Positions 11,898 to 20,408 of a stretch of DNA of 64,000 nucleotides are shown here, piece by piece. The stretch's first letter is position 1. Every line of letters begins with the position of its first letter. Both the position numbers and the translations under genes were made by a program. The stretch covers positions 29,989-93,988 of the forward strand of contig CAYSFD010000051.1 of the NCBI GenBank assembly GCA_964430565.1. Reading direction: 5' to 3'. The DNA is from an uncultured Enterobacteriaceae bacterium. Its GTDB lineage: Bacteria > Pseudomonadota > Gammaproteobacteria > Burkholderiales > SG8-39. Under the pieces are notes generated by a model. That model saw only the letters and a program-made list of their open reading frames with translations. It had not been told where the DNA came from and did no database searches.

Positions 11898-13088
11898 ATG
11901 ATGGCAGGCAAAATCAGGAAGCCGGCAGTTCGAAAGCAGGGCGCCTCCAGCCGCTCGCGGCCACGGCGCCGTGTCGTGGTGATGGTCGCGACGCGCAAGG
12001 GCGCATGGCTCTATCACAGCGATGCGGCGCGGAAGACCTGGCGGGTCGACGGGCCGCATTTTCTGGGCCACGTCATCAGCCAGGTAATGCTCGACCCGCG
12101 CGACGGGCGGACGCTGCTCGCCGCGGCGAAGACCGGCCACCTCGGGCCGACCGTGTTCCGCTCCACGGACCTGGGGCGCACCTGGAAGGAAGCCGCGCAG
12201 CCGCCCGCGTTCGCGAAAGCGCCCGAGGGCCAGCAGGGGCGCGCGGTGGATCACACATTCTGGCTCACGCCGGGCCACGCATCGGAGCCCGGCGCGTGGT
12301 ACGCGGGAACATCGCCGCAGGGGCTGTTCCGCTCCGAGGACGGCGGGGTCACGTGGAAGCCGTTCTCGTCGATCGGCGACGATCCGCAGTACCGGAAATG
12401 GATGGGCACCGTGCAGGACGGCACGCCGGACGGGCCGAAGCTGCACTCGATCATCGTCGATCCGCGCGATCCCGCGCATCTGTACTTCGCCATGTCGGGC
12501 GGCGGCGTGCACGAGTCTGCCGACGGCGGCCGGACCTGGGCGCTGCTCCTGAAGGGGCTCGACGTGGTCGAGGGTCTCGACAAGACCCAACCCAACTTTC
12601 ACGACCCGCATTGCATCCGGATCTGCCCGAGCAACCCGGACCGTTTGTATCAGCAGAATCATTGCGGCATCTACCGGCTCGATCGGCCGTCGGACACGTG
12701 GGTGCGCATCGGCAAGAACATGCCCGAGCGGGTCGGCGACATCGGCTTTCCGCTGGTGGTGCACCCGCGCGACGCGGATACGGCGTGGGTGTTCCCGATG
12801 GACGGCACCGCCGTCTGGCCGCGCACCAGCCCGGACGGCAGGCCCGCGGTCTATGCCACGAGCAACGCCGGCAAGACGTGGCAGCGTCTCGACGCGGGGC
12901 TCCCCGCGAAGGAGGCATGGTGGACCGTGAAGCGCCAGGCGATGACGGGAGACGCAGCAGACCCCGTGGGCCTCTACTTCGGCACGACCAGCGGCGAGCT
13001 GTGGATGAGCCGCGACGAGGGCCGTCGGTGGGCCTGCATCGCGCGGCACCTGCCGGAAATCTATTCCGTGGAAGCGGCCGAGCTGTAG
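11898..13088 (+). CDS. BNR/Asp-box repeat beta-propeller protein (sialidase/photosystem II assembly-like fold)
   Basis: Repeated Asp-boxes SxDxGxTW (STDLGRTW, SEDGGVTW, SADGGRTW, SNAGKTW, SRDEGRRW); no signal peptide. Confidence 0.85.
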   Translation: MMAGKIRKPAVRKQGASSRSRPRRRVVVMVATRKGAWLYHSDAARKTWRVDGPHFLGHVISQVMLDPRDGRTLLAAAKTGHLGPTVFRSTDLGRTWKEAAQPPAFAKAPEGQQGRAVDHTFWLTPGHASEPGAWYAGTSPQGLFRSEDGGVTWKPFSSIGDDPQYRKWMGTVQDGTPDGPKLHSIIVDPRDPAHLYFAMSGGGVHESADGGRTWALLLKGLDVVEGLDKTQPNFHDPHCIRICPSNPDRLYQQNHCGIYRLDRPSDTWVRIGKNMPERVGDIGFPLVVHPRDADTAWVFPMDGTAVWPRTSPDGRPAVYATSNAGKTWQRLDAGLPAKEAWWTVKRQAMTGDAADPVGLYFGTTSGELWMSRDEGRRWACIARHLPEIYSVEAAEL

Positions 13089-13101
13089 AGCCGACAACGC
13101 A

Positions 13102-13359
13102 ATGAAGGTGCTGATACCCAGCGCGCTGCGCTCGTACACCGAGCGCAGCAGAGCCGAGGCGAGCGGCGCCACGCTGGCTGCCGTGCTCGCCGACCTTGAC
13201 CGCGGATACCCCGGGATTCGTTTCCGCATGATCGACGAGCAGGACAGGATACGGCGCCACATCCGCATCTTCGTCAACGGAGACCAGGTGCGCGACCTGT
13301 CGCAGTCGCTCAACCCGACCGACGAGGTGATCATCGTTCAGGCGTTGAGCGGCGGCTGA
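13102..13359 (+). CDS. MoaD/ThiS-family ubiquitin-like protein
   Basis: 85 aa; IPSALRSY, IFVNG, C-terminal ALSGG di-glycine. Confidence 0.92.
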   Translation: MKVLIPSALRSYTERSRAEASGATLAAVLADLDRGYPGIRFRMIDEQDRIRRHIRIFVNGDQVRDLSQSLNPTDEVIIVQALSGG

Positions 13360-13421
13360 CGGCGCCGCGCACTTACTGACCGTATATCTACCAATCCCAA
13401 CGAGAGCATGAGGAGAGTTTT

Positions 13422-13490
13422 ATGAAATACGTCGATGGATTTGTATTGCCGGTCCCGAAGAGGAAAGTGGAAGCCTACCGGCGAATGGCG
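13422..13490 (+). pseudogene. Truncated DUF1428 (YbaA-like) gene, first ~23 codons
   Basis: AGGAGAG SD; MKYVDGFVLPVPKRKVEAYRRMA matches the DUF1428 N-terminus, then runs into a palindromic repeat. Confidence 0.75.
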
Positions 13491-13494
13491 ACTT

Positions 13495-13537
13495 CCCCTC
13501 CTCGAAGAGGAGGGGTGCCCCGAAGGGGCGGGGTGGT
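13495..13537. repeat. REP-like double-hairpin element
   Basis: CCCCTCCTC-GAA-GAGGAGGGG (13495-515) followed by GCCCC-GAA-GGGGC (13517-529) and GGGGTGGT. Confidence 0.7.
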
Positions 13538-13543
13538 CGTTGC

Positions 13544-14641
13544 TCAGCCCGGCTGGCCGTCAAGGCGCGGGCGCGAAAGGATCGGAAAGTACGCGATCGT
13601 AAACACCGCGAATGCGGCCGACCACAGCAACGCGGACAGGCCGATCGTCGCGGCGTAGGCGCCGGGCAGGACCAGCGGACCCAGCACGCGCACCACGGCC
13701 GCGGCCTGCACCAGAGCGTAAGCCGCGAGCTCGGCGGGCCCGGTCGTCAGGGGCCGGGCGGTGTGGCCGCGCGCGGTGCGCGTCATCATGCCTAAAGTCA
13801 GGCCGCCGATCGCGCCGACCGCAAGCGCGTGGGTCGCGAGCGCGGCTGGCACGACATCGAACGCCGCCAGGCCGCGCAAGGCGAGATGCACCACGATCCA
13901 TGCGTACGACAGGTGCAGGATCCACAGGATCGGCCGCCCGCGCGTCTTGAACGGCGCCCATAGCGCGAGGCGCGCGGCATGCAAGGCTGAGGCAACCATG
14001 GCGGCCACCGCAACGGGCAGTTGAAAAGCGTCGAGGAACAAAAGCGCGACCACCGAAGCGAGCGTGGCGTACTCCAGAGCCTGATTGCGCCGCGCGCCCG
14101 CACCCGGCACGGCGGCGTTGGTGAACGCAGGAACGACGCGGCCCGCGACCACGGTCATGACGAGGAGCACGACGTCCAAGCCGACCGAGAGGCCGAGCTG
14201 CGGGTAAGCCTGGAAGGCCATGCTCGCCGCGCCCAGCGCGAGCACCAGCAGGATGAAGAACCAGTTGCGCCGGTTGCCGCTCGCGATGAGCGGCCGGCCG
14301 ATTCCCCAGGCGACGCCGAGGGCGAACAGCGCGTCGGCGAGGGCGGCCGCGGGCAACGAGTAGAAGGCCGCCACCCGGGCGGTTATCCACAGCGCTGCGA
14401 TGGCCCCAAGCGCGCCGCCTGTCGGCGTCGGCAAGCCGGTCCAGTTGCGCACCGCGGTAAGAAGAAATCCCGCGATCACCGCGAACGCGTAGCCGAACAG
14501 CATCTCGTGCGCGTGCCACAGCATATTGGCGCCCGGCAGCCAGCCGGCATATTGCAGGGCCCACACTGCGACGCTGAGCGCCGCGTAGCCGCCTGCGAGC
14601 AGGTACAGCGGCCGAAACCCGAGCGCGAACAGCGCGCCCAT
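13544..14641 (-). CDS. nnrS: NnrS family membrane protein
   Basis: LFALGFRPLYLLAG, WHAHEMLFGY, GFLLTAVRNWTG, LGMMTRTARGHT motifs. Confidence 0.93.
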   Translation of the reverse strand: MGALFALGFRPLYLLAGGYAALSVAVWALQYAGWLPGANMLWHAHEMLFGYAFAVIAGFLLTAVRNWTGLPTPTGGALGAIAALWITARVAAFYSLPAAALADALFALGVAWGIGRPLIASGNRRNWFFILLVLALGAASMAFQAYPQLGLSVGLDVVLLVMTVVAGRVVPAFTNAAVPGAGARRNQALEYATLASVVALLFLDAFQLPVAVAAMVASALHAARLALWAPFKTRGRPILWILHLSYAWIVVHLALRGLAAFDVVPAALATHALAVGAIGGLTLGMMTRTARGHTARPLTTGPAELAAYALVQAAAVVRVLGPLVLPGAYAATIGLSALLWSAAFAVFTIAYFPILSRPRLDGQPG

Positions 14642-14739
14642 CAGACCGAGCTGCGCAACGGCGCGATCTTGATGTGCTCGACGGTCCGCCCCGGTCTCGA
14701 TTCCTTGGGACAGACTTCGGCCAAAACGCGCTGGTTCAT
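14641..14739 (-). CDS. Small ORF (32 aa, MNQRVLAEVCPKESRPGRTVEHIKIAPLRSSV) coupled to nnrS
   Basis: Strong SD GAGGAG; stop overlaps the nnrS start (TGATG); absent from the ORF track. Confidence 0.45.
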   Translation of the reverse strand: MNQRVLAEVCPKESRPGRTVEHIKIAPLRSSV

Positions 14740-14811
14740 CTCTCTCCTCTTTTTGGGAGCATCCCGCCAGTTTTCATGCTACAAGAGAAACCCGATCGGG
14801 ACTGCCGCGAA

Positions 14812-15555
14812 ATGAAGATCGCTACCTGGAACGTCAACGGCGTCCGCGCGCGCCAGGCGCAGCTTCGCGAGTGGATGGAGCGCGACCGCCCGGACGTCGT
14901 GTGCCTGCAGGAGCTGAAGGCGGAGCCTTCCCAGATCCCCGAGCAGGTCAAGCTCGAGGACTACCACACGTTCTGGCATGGCCTGCGCGGCTACTCCGGC
15001 GTGTCGCTTCACATCAGAAAGGGCGCCTTCGACGCCGAGCCCGCGTTCGGCCACCCCGAGTTCGACATGGAATCGCGCATCGTGCAGGCCGATCTTGGCA
15101 AGCTCGTCCTCGCCTCGGTGTACGTGCCCAATGGCGGCAAGGACTACGAGGCGAAGCTCGGCTTCATGATCAAGCTCGCGGCCTGGGCGAAGCAGCTGCA
15201 CCGGGAAGGCCGCGATCTGGTTCTGTGCGGCGACATGAACATCACGCGCACCAACTTGGACGTGCATCCGAAGGAGCGCAAGCCTGGCATCATCGGCCAG
15301 CGGGAGGAAGAGCGCGAGCTGTTCGACAAGTTGCTGGGCGAACATCTCGTGGACGTCGGCCGCGCGCTCGATCCCGACAACCCGAACCTCTTCACCTGGT
15401 GGGCGCCCTGGCGCAACCTGCGCCAACGCAATATCGGCTGGCGCCTCGACTACATCCTCGCCTCGCCGGCGTTCGCTGAGCGCGCCGCAAGCTGCGCCGT
15501 GCTTGCCGATTTTGGAACGAGCGACCATGCGCCGGTGGTGATGATCACCGCGTAG
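14812..15555 (+). CDS. xth: Exodeoxyribonuclease III / AP endonuclease
   Basis: MKIATWNVNG, DVVCLQELK, SVYVPNG, GDMN, GWRLDYIL, SDHAPV. Confidence 0.95.
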   Translation: MKIATWNVNGVRARQAQLREWMERDRPDVVCLQELKAEPSQIPEQVKLEDYHTFWHGLRGYSGVSLHIRKGAFDAEPAFGHPEFDMESRIVQADLGKLVLASVYVPNGGKDYEAKLGFMIKLAAWAKQLHREGRDLVLCGDMNITRTNLDVHPKERKPGIIGQREEERELFDKLLGEHLVDVGRALDPDNPNLFTWWAPWRNLRQRNIGWRLDYILASPAFAERAASCAVLADFGTSDHAPVVMITA

Positions 15556-15632
15556 GCGCATTTGCTTCGGGCCGCACTCCGGGTAGGATGATCGGGTGCG
15601 ATGGAGCAATGACAAAGGAGGGAAGCGACGTG

Positions 15633-16601
15633 ATGCGATTACTCAAGATGTGGAGCGCTGCAATGTTCGCGGCGCTATGTTTGGCGAGCGCGGCAGTCGC
15701 GCAGCAATATCCGACCAAGCCGATCAAGCTCGTCGTGCTGATTGCGCCGGGCGGCGCGCCGGATGTAGCAGCGCGGGTCATGCAAGGCCCTCTTTCCGAG
15801 CGGCTGGGCCAGCCGATCGTGGTGGAGAACCGGGCGGGCTCCAACGGCAACATCGCCGGCGAGTACGTGGCGCGATCGGCGCCCGACGGCTACACGCTGC
15901 TGTTCGGCGCGGACAGCCTGATCGCGATCAACCCGCACATCTACGCGAAGATGAGCTTCGATCCGCTGAAGGATCTCGCGCCTGTGGCGACGACGGTGAT
16001 CACGCAGCTCATCCTGTCGGTCAATCCCGCCGTTCCGGTGAAAGACTTCAGGGAATTCCTCGAGTATGCGCGCAGCGCCAAACCGCCCCTAAACTACGCG
16101 TCGGGCGGCAACGGCAGCCAGCACCATCTCTCGATGGAAATGCTCAAGCAGCGAGCCGGCATCGACATGGTGCACGTCCCGTACAAGAGCGGGTCGCCGG
16201 CCGTCGCCGCGGCGGTTGCCGGCGAGGTGCCGATCGTGATGGCCGGCACGTCCTCCGGGCCATTGGTCAGAGCGGGCAGGCTGCGCGCGGTGGCGGTCAC
16301 CGGCCGGAATCGTCTGCCGCTGTTGCCCGACGTTCCGACGATCGGTGAATTCTTTCCGGGCTATGAAGTCAACAATTGGCTCGGCATCTGGGCGCCGGCT
16401 GGCACGCCGCAGCCGATCATCGCCCGCCTGCGCACGGCGATCAACGAGGTCCTCGCGCTAACCGAGGTGAGAAAGGGCATGGGCAGCGTCGGCGGGGCCG
16501 AGCTGTGGATCACGACGCCGGAGGAATTTGCCGCCACGATTCGCCGCGACTACGAGAAGTACGGCAAGCTCGTGAAGGAGATCGGCGCGAAGATCGATTG
16601 A
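15633..16601 (+). CDS. Bug/TctC tripartite tricarboxylate transporter substrate-binding protein
   Basis: Signal peptide; YPTKPIKLVV, PGGAPD, VVENRAGSNG, HVPYKSG. Confidence 0.93.
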   Translation: MRLLKMWSAAMFAALCLASAAVAQQYPTKPIKLVVLIAPGGAPDVAARVMQGPLSERLGQPIVVENRAGSNGNIAGEYVARSAPDGYTLLFGADSLIAINPHIYAKMSFDPLKDLAPVATTVITQLILSVNPAVPVKDFREFLEYARSAKPPLNYASGGNGSQHHLSMEMLKQRAGIDMVHVPYKSGSPAVAAAVAGEVPIVMAGTSSGPLVRAGRLRAVAVTGRNRLPLLPDVPTIGEFFPGYEVNNWLGIWAPAGTPQPIIARLRTAINEVLALTEVRKGMGSVGGAELWITTPEEFAATIRRDYEKYGKLVKEIGAKID

Positions 16602-16605
16602 GACG
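16542..16605 (+). repeat. 64-bp direct repeat, copy 1 (3' end and stop of bug gene)
   Basis: CGCCGCGACTACGAGAAG...AAGATCGATTGAGACG is identical to 18025-18088. Confidence 0.95.
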
Positions 16606-16756
16606 AAGGGACTGACTGACGCTCGCGCGTTTGTTCCGCCCGCTCGCGGGGGGCTGCCGGAGTTCATTCAACGGCTATTTGATCTGCCTCAATACGCGGG
16701 GTGCGCCCGGGGTGTAAAAAAAAGCGTGTGCTTCATTGGGTGAGAGTGGGTGAATC

Positions 16757-17971
16757 ATGTCGTCTCCCAACCCTTTGGTAGGCGCCAGAAAGCGTGTCGC
16801 GATACAGACGGCTTTCACGATTCTTGTACTCGGTATCGCCGCTTGTGGCGGCGGCGGGGGCGATGAGACAACAGCCAACCCACCGCCGGGCAGGGCGATC
16901 CCCGGCTCGGGCAACGAATCAGGATTCGCGGCCGGCGGCACCTCCGACGGCGGCTACATCATCGTCGGGACCGTCAGCCCGGGAGTATCGGGCGGCACGG
17001 ACGCCTACCTCGTGAAGGTTGATGCGACGGGCAACGTCGCATGGTCGCAATCACACGGCGGCAGCGGCGACGACAAAGGCTACTTCGTCCAGCCGACTCT
17101 CGACGGCGGCTACATCGTGGTGGGCGAAACAACATCGGCGATCGGGGGCGGCCCCGGAATCCACCTGGTCAAGACTCTTTCCAACGGCATTCTCGATTGG
17201 GAGAAGACCTACCCCGGCATTGTGGGCATCAAGCACTCGGAAGGGGCCGTCGTGCGCCAGACTGCAGGCGGTGGCTACATCATTGCCGGCACCGTGCCTG
17301 GCGCCGAGGGCAACCCGGAACCCGACGCAATCCTGATCAAGACCGATGCCAGCGGCAACGTCCAATGGCAGCAGACCTTTGGCGATGAGCTGCCCAACCT
17401 GTGGGCCGAGGGCTACGACGTGCGGCAGACACCCGACGGTGGCTATATGCTCGTCGGCTTTCACGAGTTCACTTCCAGCTTCGCGGTCAAGCTGGATTCG
17501 AACGGTGTCGCGCAATGGGAGCAAGCATTCGGCCAACTGACGGGGCCGATCTATTCGGTGCAGCAGACGACAGACGGCGGCTACATCTATGTCGGCCGAA
17601 CCGAGACGGGAGGAGGGCGCTGCGCGGCGCTCCTCGTGAAGGCGGACTTTCAGGGAACGCTGCAGTGGGAGAAAACCGTCGGCGCGCTGACCTCATGCCC
17701 GTCGCGTGTCACCGGTATGCAGACCGCCGACGGCGGCTACGTGATCGCGACCAAGGGCAACAGTCGCAGCGGCGATGCCTACGTGGTCAAGACCGACGCT
17801 TCGGGCAACGAGCAGTGGGCGAGGCTGTACGGTGGCGACGGCGGGGACGCCGTGAGCGCCATCGTCCAGCGCGCGGACGGCGGCTACACCGTGGTCGGCA
17901 CCACGAGCTCGTTCGGGAGCACGTCCGACATCTATTTCCTTCAGCTCGACGCGAGCGGGAATCCGCAATAG
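16757..17971 (+). CDS. Lipoprotein with ~7 DGGY..G / LVKxDxxGNxxW repeats (predicted beta-propeller)
   Basis: Lipobox IAAC followed by GGGGG; about seven ~50-aa repeats. Confidence 0.85.
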   Translation: MSSPNPLVGARKRVAIQTAFTILVLGIAACGGGGGDETTANPPPGRAIPGSGNESGFAAGGTSDGGYIIVGTVSPGVSGGTDAYLVKVDATGNVAWSQSHGGSGDDKGYFVQPTLDGGYIVVGETTSAIGGGPGIHLVKTLSNGILDWEKTYPGIVGIKHSEGAVVRQTAGGGYIIAGTVPGAEGNPEPDAILIKTDASGNVQWQQTFGDELPNLWAEGYDVRQTPDGGYMLVGFHEFTSSFAVKLDSNGVAQWEQAFGQLTGPIYSVQQTTDGGYIYVGRTETGGGRCAALLVKADFQGTLQWEKTVGALTSCPSRVTGMQTADGGYVIATKGNSRSGDAYVVKTDASGNEQWARLYGGDGGDAVSAIVQRADGGYTVVGTTSSFGSTSDIYFLQLDASGNPQ

Positions 17972-18024
17972 CGCTTTCCTGCCCCTCGCGTGCGGGCTAC
18001 GGGCTTCCCGACCAGTTGTCGGCG

Positions 18025-18088
18025 CGCCGCGACTACGAGAAGTACGGCAAGCTCGTGAAGGAGATCGGCGCGAAGATCGATTGAGACG
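18025..18088 (+). repeat. 64-bp direct repeat, copy 2 (orphan bug 3' end)
   Basis: Identical to 16542-16605; encodes RRDYEKYGKLVKEIGAKID* with no upstream bug sequence. Confidence 0.95.
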
Positions 18089-18112
18089 GGAGCGGGCCAG
18101 CGCCGATGCCGC

Positions 18113-19111
18113 TCACCGGAACGCCGCGAAGCCGAATCCCGTCCCGGTGCCGGCGGGGGAGCGATAGCCGGGGATGTATTCCGCCCACGCCGCGGGCAGA
18201 TGCTCCGAAGCGCCGGCCATGGCGATCCAGTTGCGGATCTCCGAGTTGCCGGAATTGAGCTTGCGCGGCGGCAGGCGCATGAGGGCCTCGCCGTCCTTCG
18301 CCTCGAGCGCGCGCACGATCTCGCGGTCGAAAGCCTCGTCGATGGCGAAGTGGGTCAGCCCGCCCGATCCGAGCACGCCCACGCGCGCCGGCCTGCCGTA
18401 GGATTCGATCGCGGCGCGAACCGCCTGGCCCAGGCGGAAGCAGCGCGCCGGCGTGGGTTGATTGGGCGGGTAGTAGGTGTTGAGGAACAATGGCACCATG
18501 GGCACGACCGGTGCCGTCCGCCCGAAGCCGAACAGGCGCTGGTGGACGAAAGCGAAAGCATGGCCTTCGCCTTCGCCGCGCGGGAAACGGTCGCACACCG
18601 CCACGTCGAAATCGCGCCGCATCAGCTCGGCGATCAGGTGCTCGGTCATCTCGTGTTCCACCGGATACTCCAAGCTTCCGCTCGGAAGGTAGTAGCGTCC
18701 CTGGATCGCGGCGAACCAGTCTACCCACTCGGGTTTCGGCGGCCGCATCGCGTGCGGCAGGGTCTTGCCACGATAGACGAGCAGAGCCGGGATATTGTCT
18801 TCGAGGAAGAGTTCCTTCTGATCGTCGCCGAAGACCACGAGCGCGTCGAGCCTGGCGTCGCGGATCTCGGCCGACAGCCGGTCGAGCGCGGCCTGCGCGG
18901 CGGCGTGGCGCGCGGCGAATTTTTCCGGCGTAGTTTCGCCCACGTAGCGATCCCCCGCTTCGCGAAGCAGCGCCGCGTAGGTGCAGGGATTGCCCTCGCG
19001 GTCGACGAATTTCATGGTCGGCTCGCGCGGCTCGAAGCGGCTCCATTCCGCCGCGGTCGCGTTCAGCATCGGCGAGTGCGAGGTACCGATGGCAAGGACG
19101 ATTTCAGCCAT
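18113..19111 (-). CDS. Class III extradiol ring-cleavage dioxygenase, LigB-like subunit
   Basis: MAEIVLAIGTSHSPML, VVFGDDQKELF, EGHAF, GSGGLTHF, NSGNSEIRNW. Confidence 0.88.
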   Translation of the reverse strand: MAEIVLAIGTSHSPMLNATAAEWSRFEPREPTMKFVDREGNPCTYAALLREAGDRYVGETTPEKFAARHAAAQAALDRLSAEIRDARLDALVVFGDDQKELFLEDNIPALLVYRGKTLPHAMRPPKPEWVDWFAAIQGRYYLPSGSLEYPVEHEMTEHLIAELMRRDFDVAVCDRFPRGEGEGHAFAFVHQRLFGFGRTAPVVPMVPLFLNTYYPPNQPTPARCFRLGQAVRAAIESYGRPARVGVLGSGGLTHFAIDEAFDREIVRALEAKDGEALMRLPPRKLNSGNSEIRNWIAMAGASEHLPAAWAEYIPGYRSPAGTGTGFGFAAFR

Positions 19112-19123
19112 GTCGTCGCGCTA

Positions 19124-19436
19124 TCACTCCACTTTCACGCCGGCGCTGCGCACCACGTGTCCCCAGTCGTCGGCTTCCTTGCGGATCAGCGCGGCGAATT
19201 CGCGCGGCGGCAGGCTGTCGGGCTCGGCGCCCATGCTGGCGATGCGCTCGCGGTAGTTGGGGTCGTAGCCGCGGCTGCAGCTTCTCCGCGGCGAGCCGCG
19301 CGAAGACATCCGGCGCGAACCCGGCCCCGTAAGGCACGATGATCCTGATCGGCTTAGCCGGATACGCCTGGCCCAGGGCGAGCGGCGCTGCCGCGAAGGC
19401 AAGCAACAGGAAAGCGAGCGTGCGCAGTGTCCGCAT
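19124..19436 (-). pseudogene. Bug/TctC gene with large internal deletion and frameshift
   Basis: N-terminus (signal peptide, YPAKPIRIIVPYGAG) joined out of frame near 19265-19270 to a C-terminus (DPNYRERIASMGAEP...WGHVVRSAGVKVE); ~310 bp versus ~970 bp for intact paralogs. Confidence 0.85.
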
Positions 19437-19563
19437 TATCATTTCTTCCGGTGAAAGCATCCGGCGGCCGTCATGCCGTTTTTATGAAGGACTAAAGCCG
19501 TGTGGAAAAATTCCAGGTACGTTTCCCGATCCCGATAGTACACTTCCCCCCCAGCCCTGAAAA

Positions 19564-20364
19564 ATGACCCTTCCAACGAAACTCCTCCGCAACGCGACGA
19601 TGCTTGCTTGCAGCGCGGCGCTCGCCGGTTGCGCCACCGTCCCGGCCGATGAGCTGCTCGCCTCGACCGCGATCGTTGCCGAGCTCGAGCGCGAGAGCGG
19701 CGCGGTCGTCGAAGCGGCGCGATTCTCCGAGGGCCGCGCCGGCGAGGTGCAGTCCGGCTGGGGCCGCTTCGTCGTTTCGCCCTTCGCGACGAAGAGCGCC
19801 TACGCCCTGGTCGAGAGCAACCCGGGCGTGGTGCTCGAGGGGCGCGCGGACGGCTCGGCCTCGGGGTTCTACCGGCGCATCCGCATCGATCCGGCGCGCC
19901 ATCCCGTGATCGAGTGGCGCTGGCGCGTGCTGCAGTCGCCGGCGGAGGTCGACCCGCGGGTTCCCGCGCGCGACGACTCTCCGGCGCGCGTGATCATCGC
20001 CTTCCATGGCGACCTGAAGCGCCTGGACTTCGGCGAGAAGTTCGCGTTGCGGCTCTACAACGCGCTCACCGGCGAGAAGATGCCGTACGCGATCATCATG
20101 TACAGCTGGTCGAGCAACGCGCCGGTCGGCACCATCATCGCCAACGACCAGACCGAGAAGATCCAGACCATCGTCGTCGAAAACGGCGGCGGCCGCATCG
20201 GCGAGTGGCGCGAGTTGCGGCGCAACGTGCTCGAGGACTACCGGCTCGCGTTCGGCGAGGAACCCTGGGACATCGTCGGGGTGGGGGTGATGACCGACGC
20301 GAGCAACACGCGCGAGAAGGCGCGCGCGCAGTACGGGGACATCAGCTTTCGGTTGGAGCAGTGA
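19564..20364 (+). CDS. DUF3047-family lipoprotein
   Basis: Lipobox LAGC; PVIEWRWRV, RDDSPARV, YSWSSNAPVG, GVMTDASNT. Confidence 0.85.
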   Translation: MTLPTKLLRNATMLACSAALAGCATVPADELLASTAIVAELERESGAVVEAARFSEGRAGEVQSGWGRFVVSPFATKSAYALVESNPGVVLEGRADGSASGFYRRIRIDPARHPVIEWRWRVLQSPAEVDPRVPARDDSPARVIIAFHGDLKRLDFGEKFALRLYNALTGEKMPYAIIMYSWSSNAPVGTIIANDQTEKIQTIVVENGGGRIGEWRELRRNVLEDYRLAFGEEPWDIVGVGVMTDASNTREKARAQYGDISFRLEQ

Positions 20365-20408
20365 CGGCCGTTGGCATTGAAGCTGCGCTTCCCGCTCCCA
20401 CGAGAGAG

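Noticed and set aside
14650-14810. FNR/NnrR box upstream of nnrS
   Set aside because: The closest match, TTGAT-GTGC-TCGAC, lacks the ATCAA half-site
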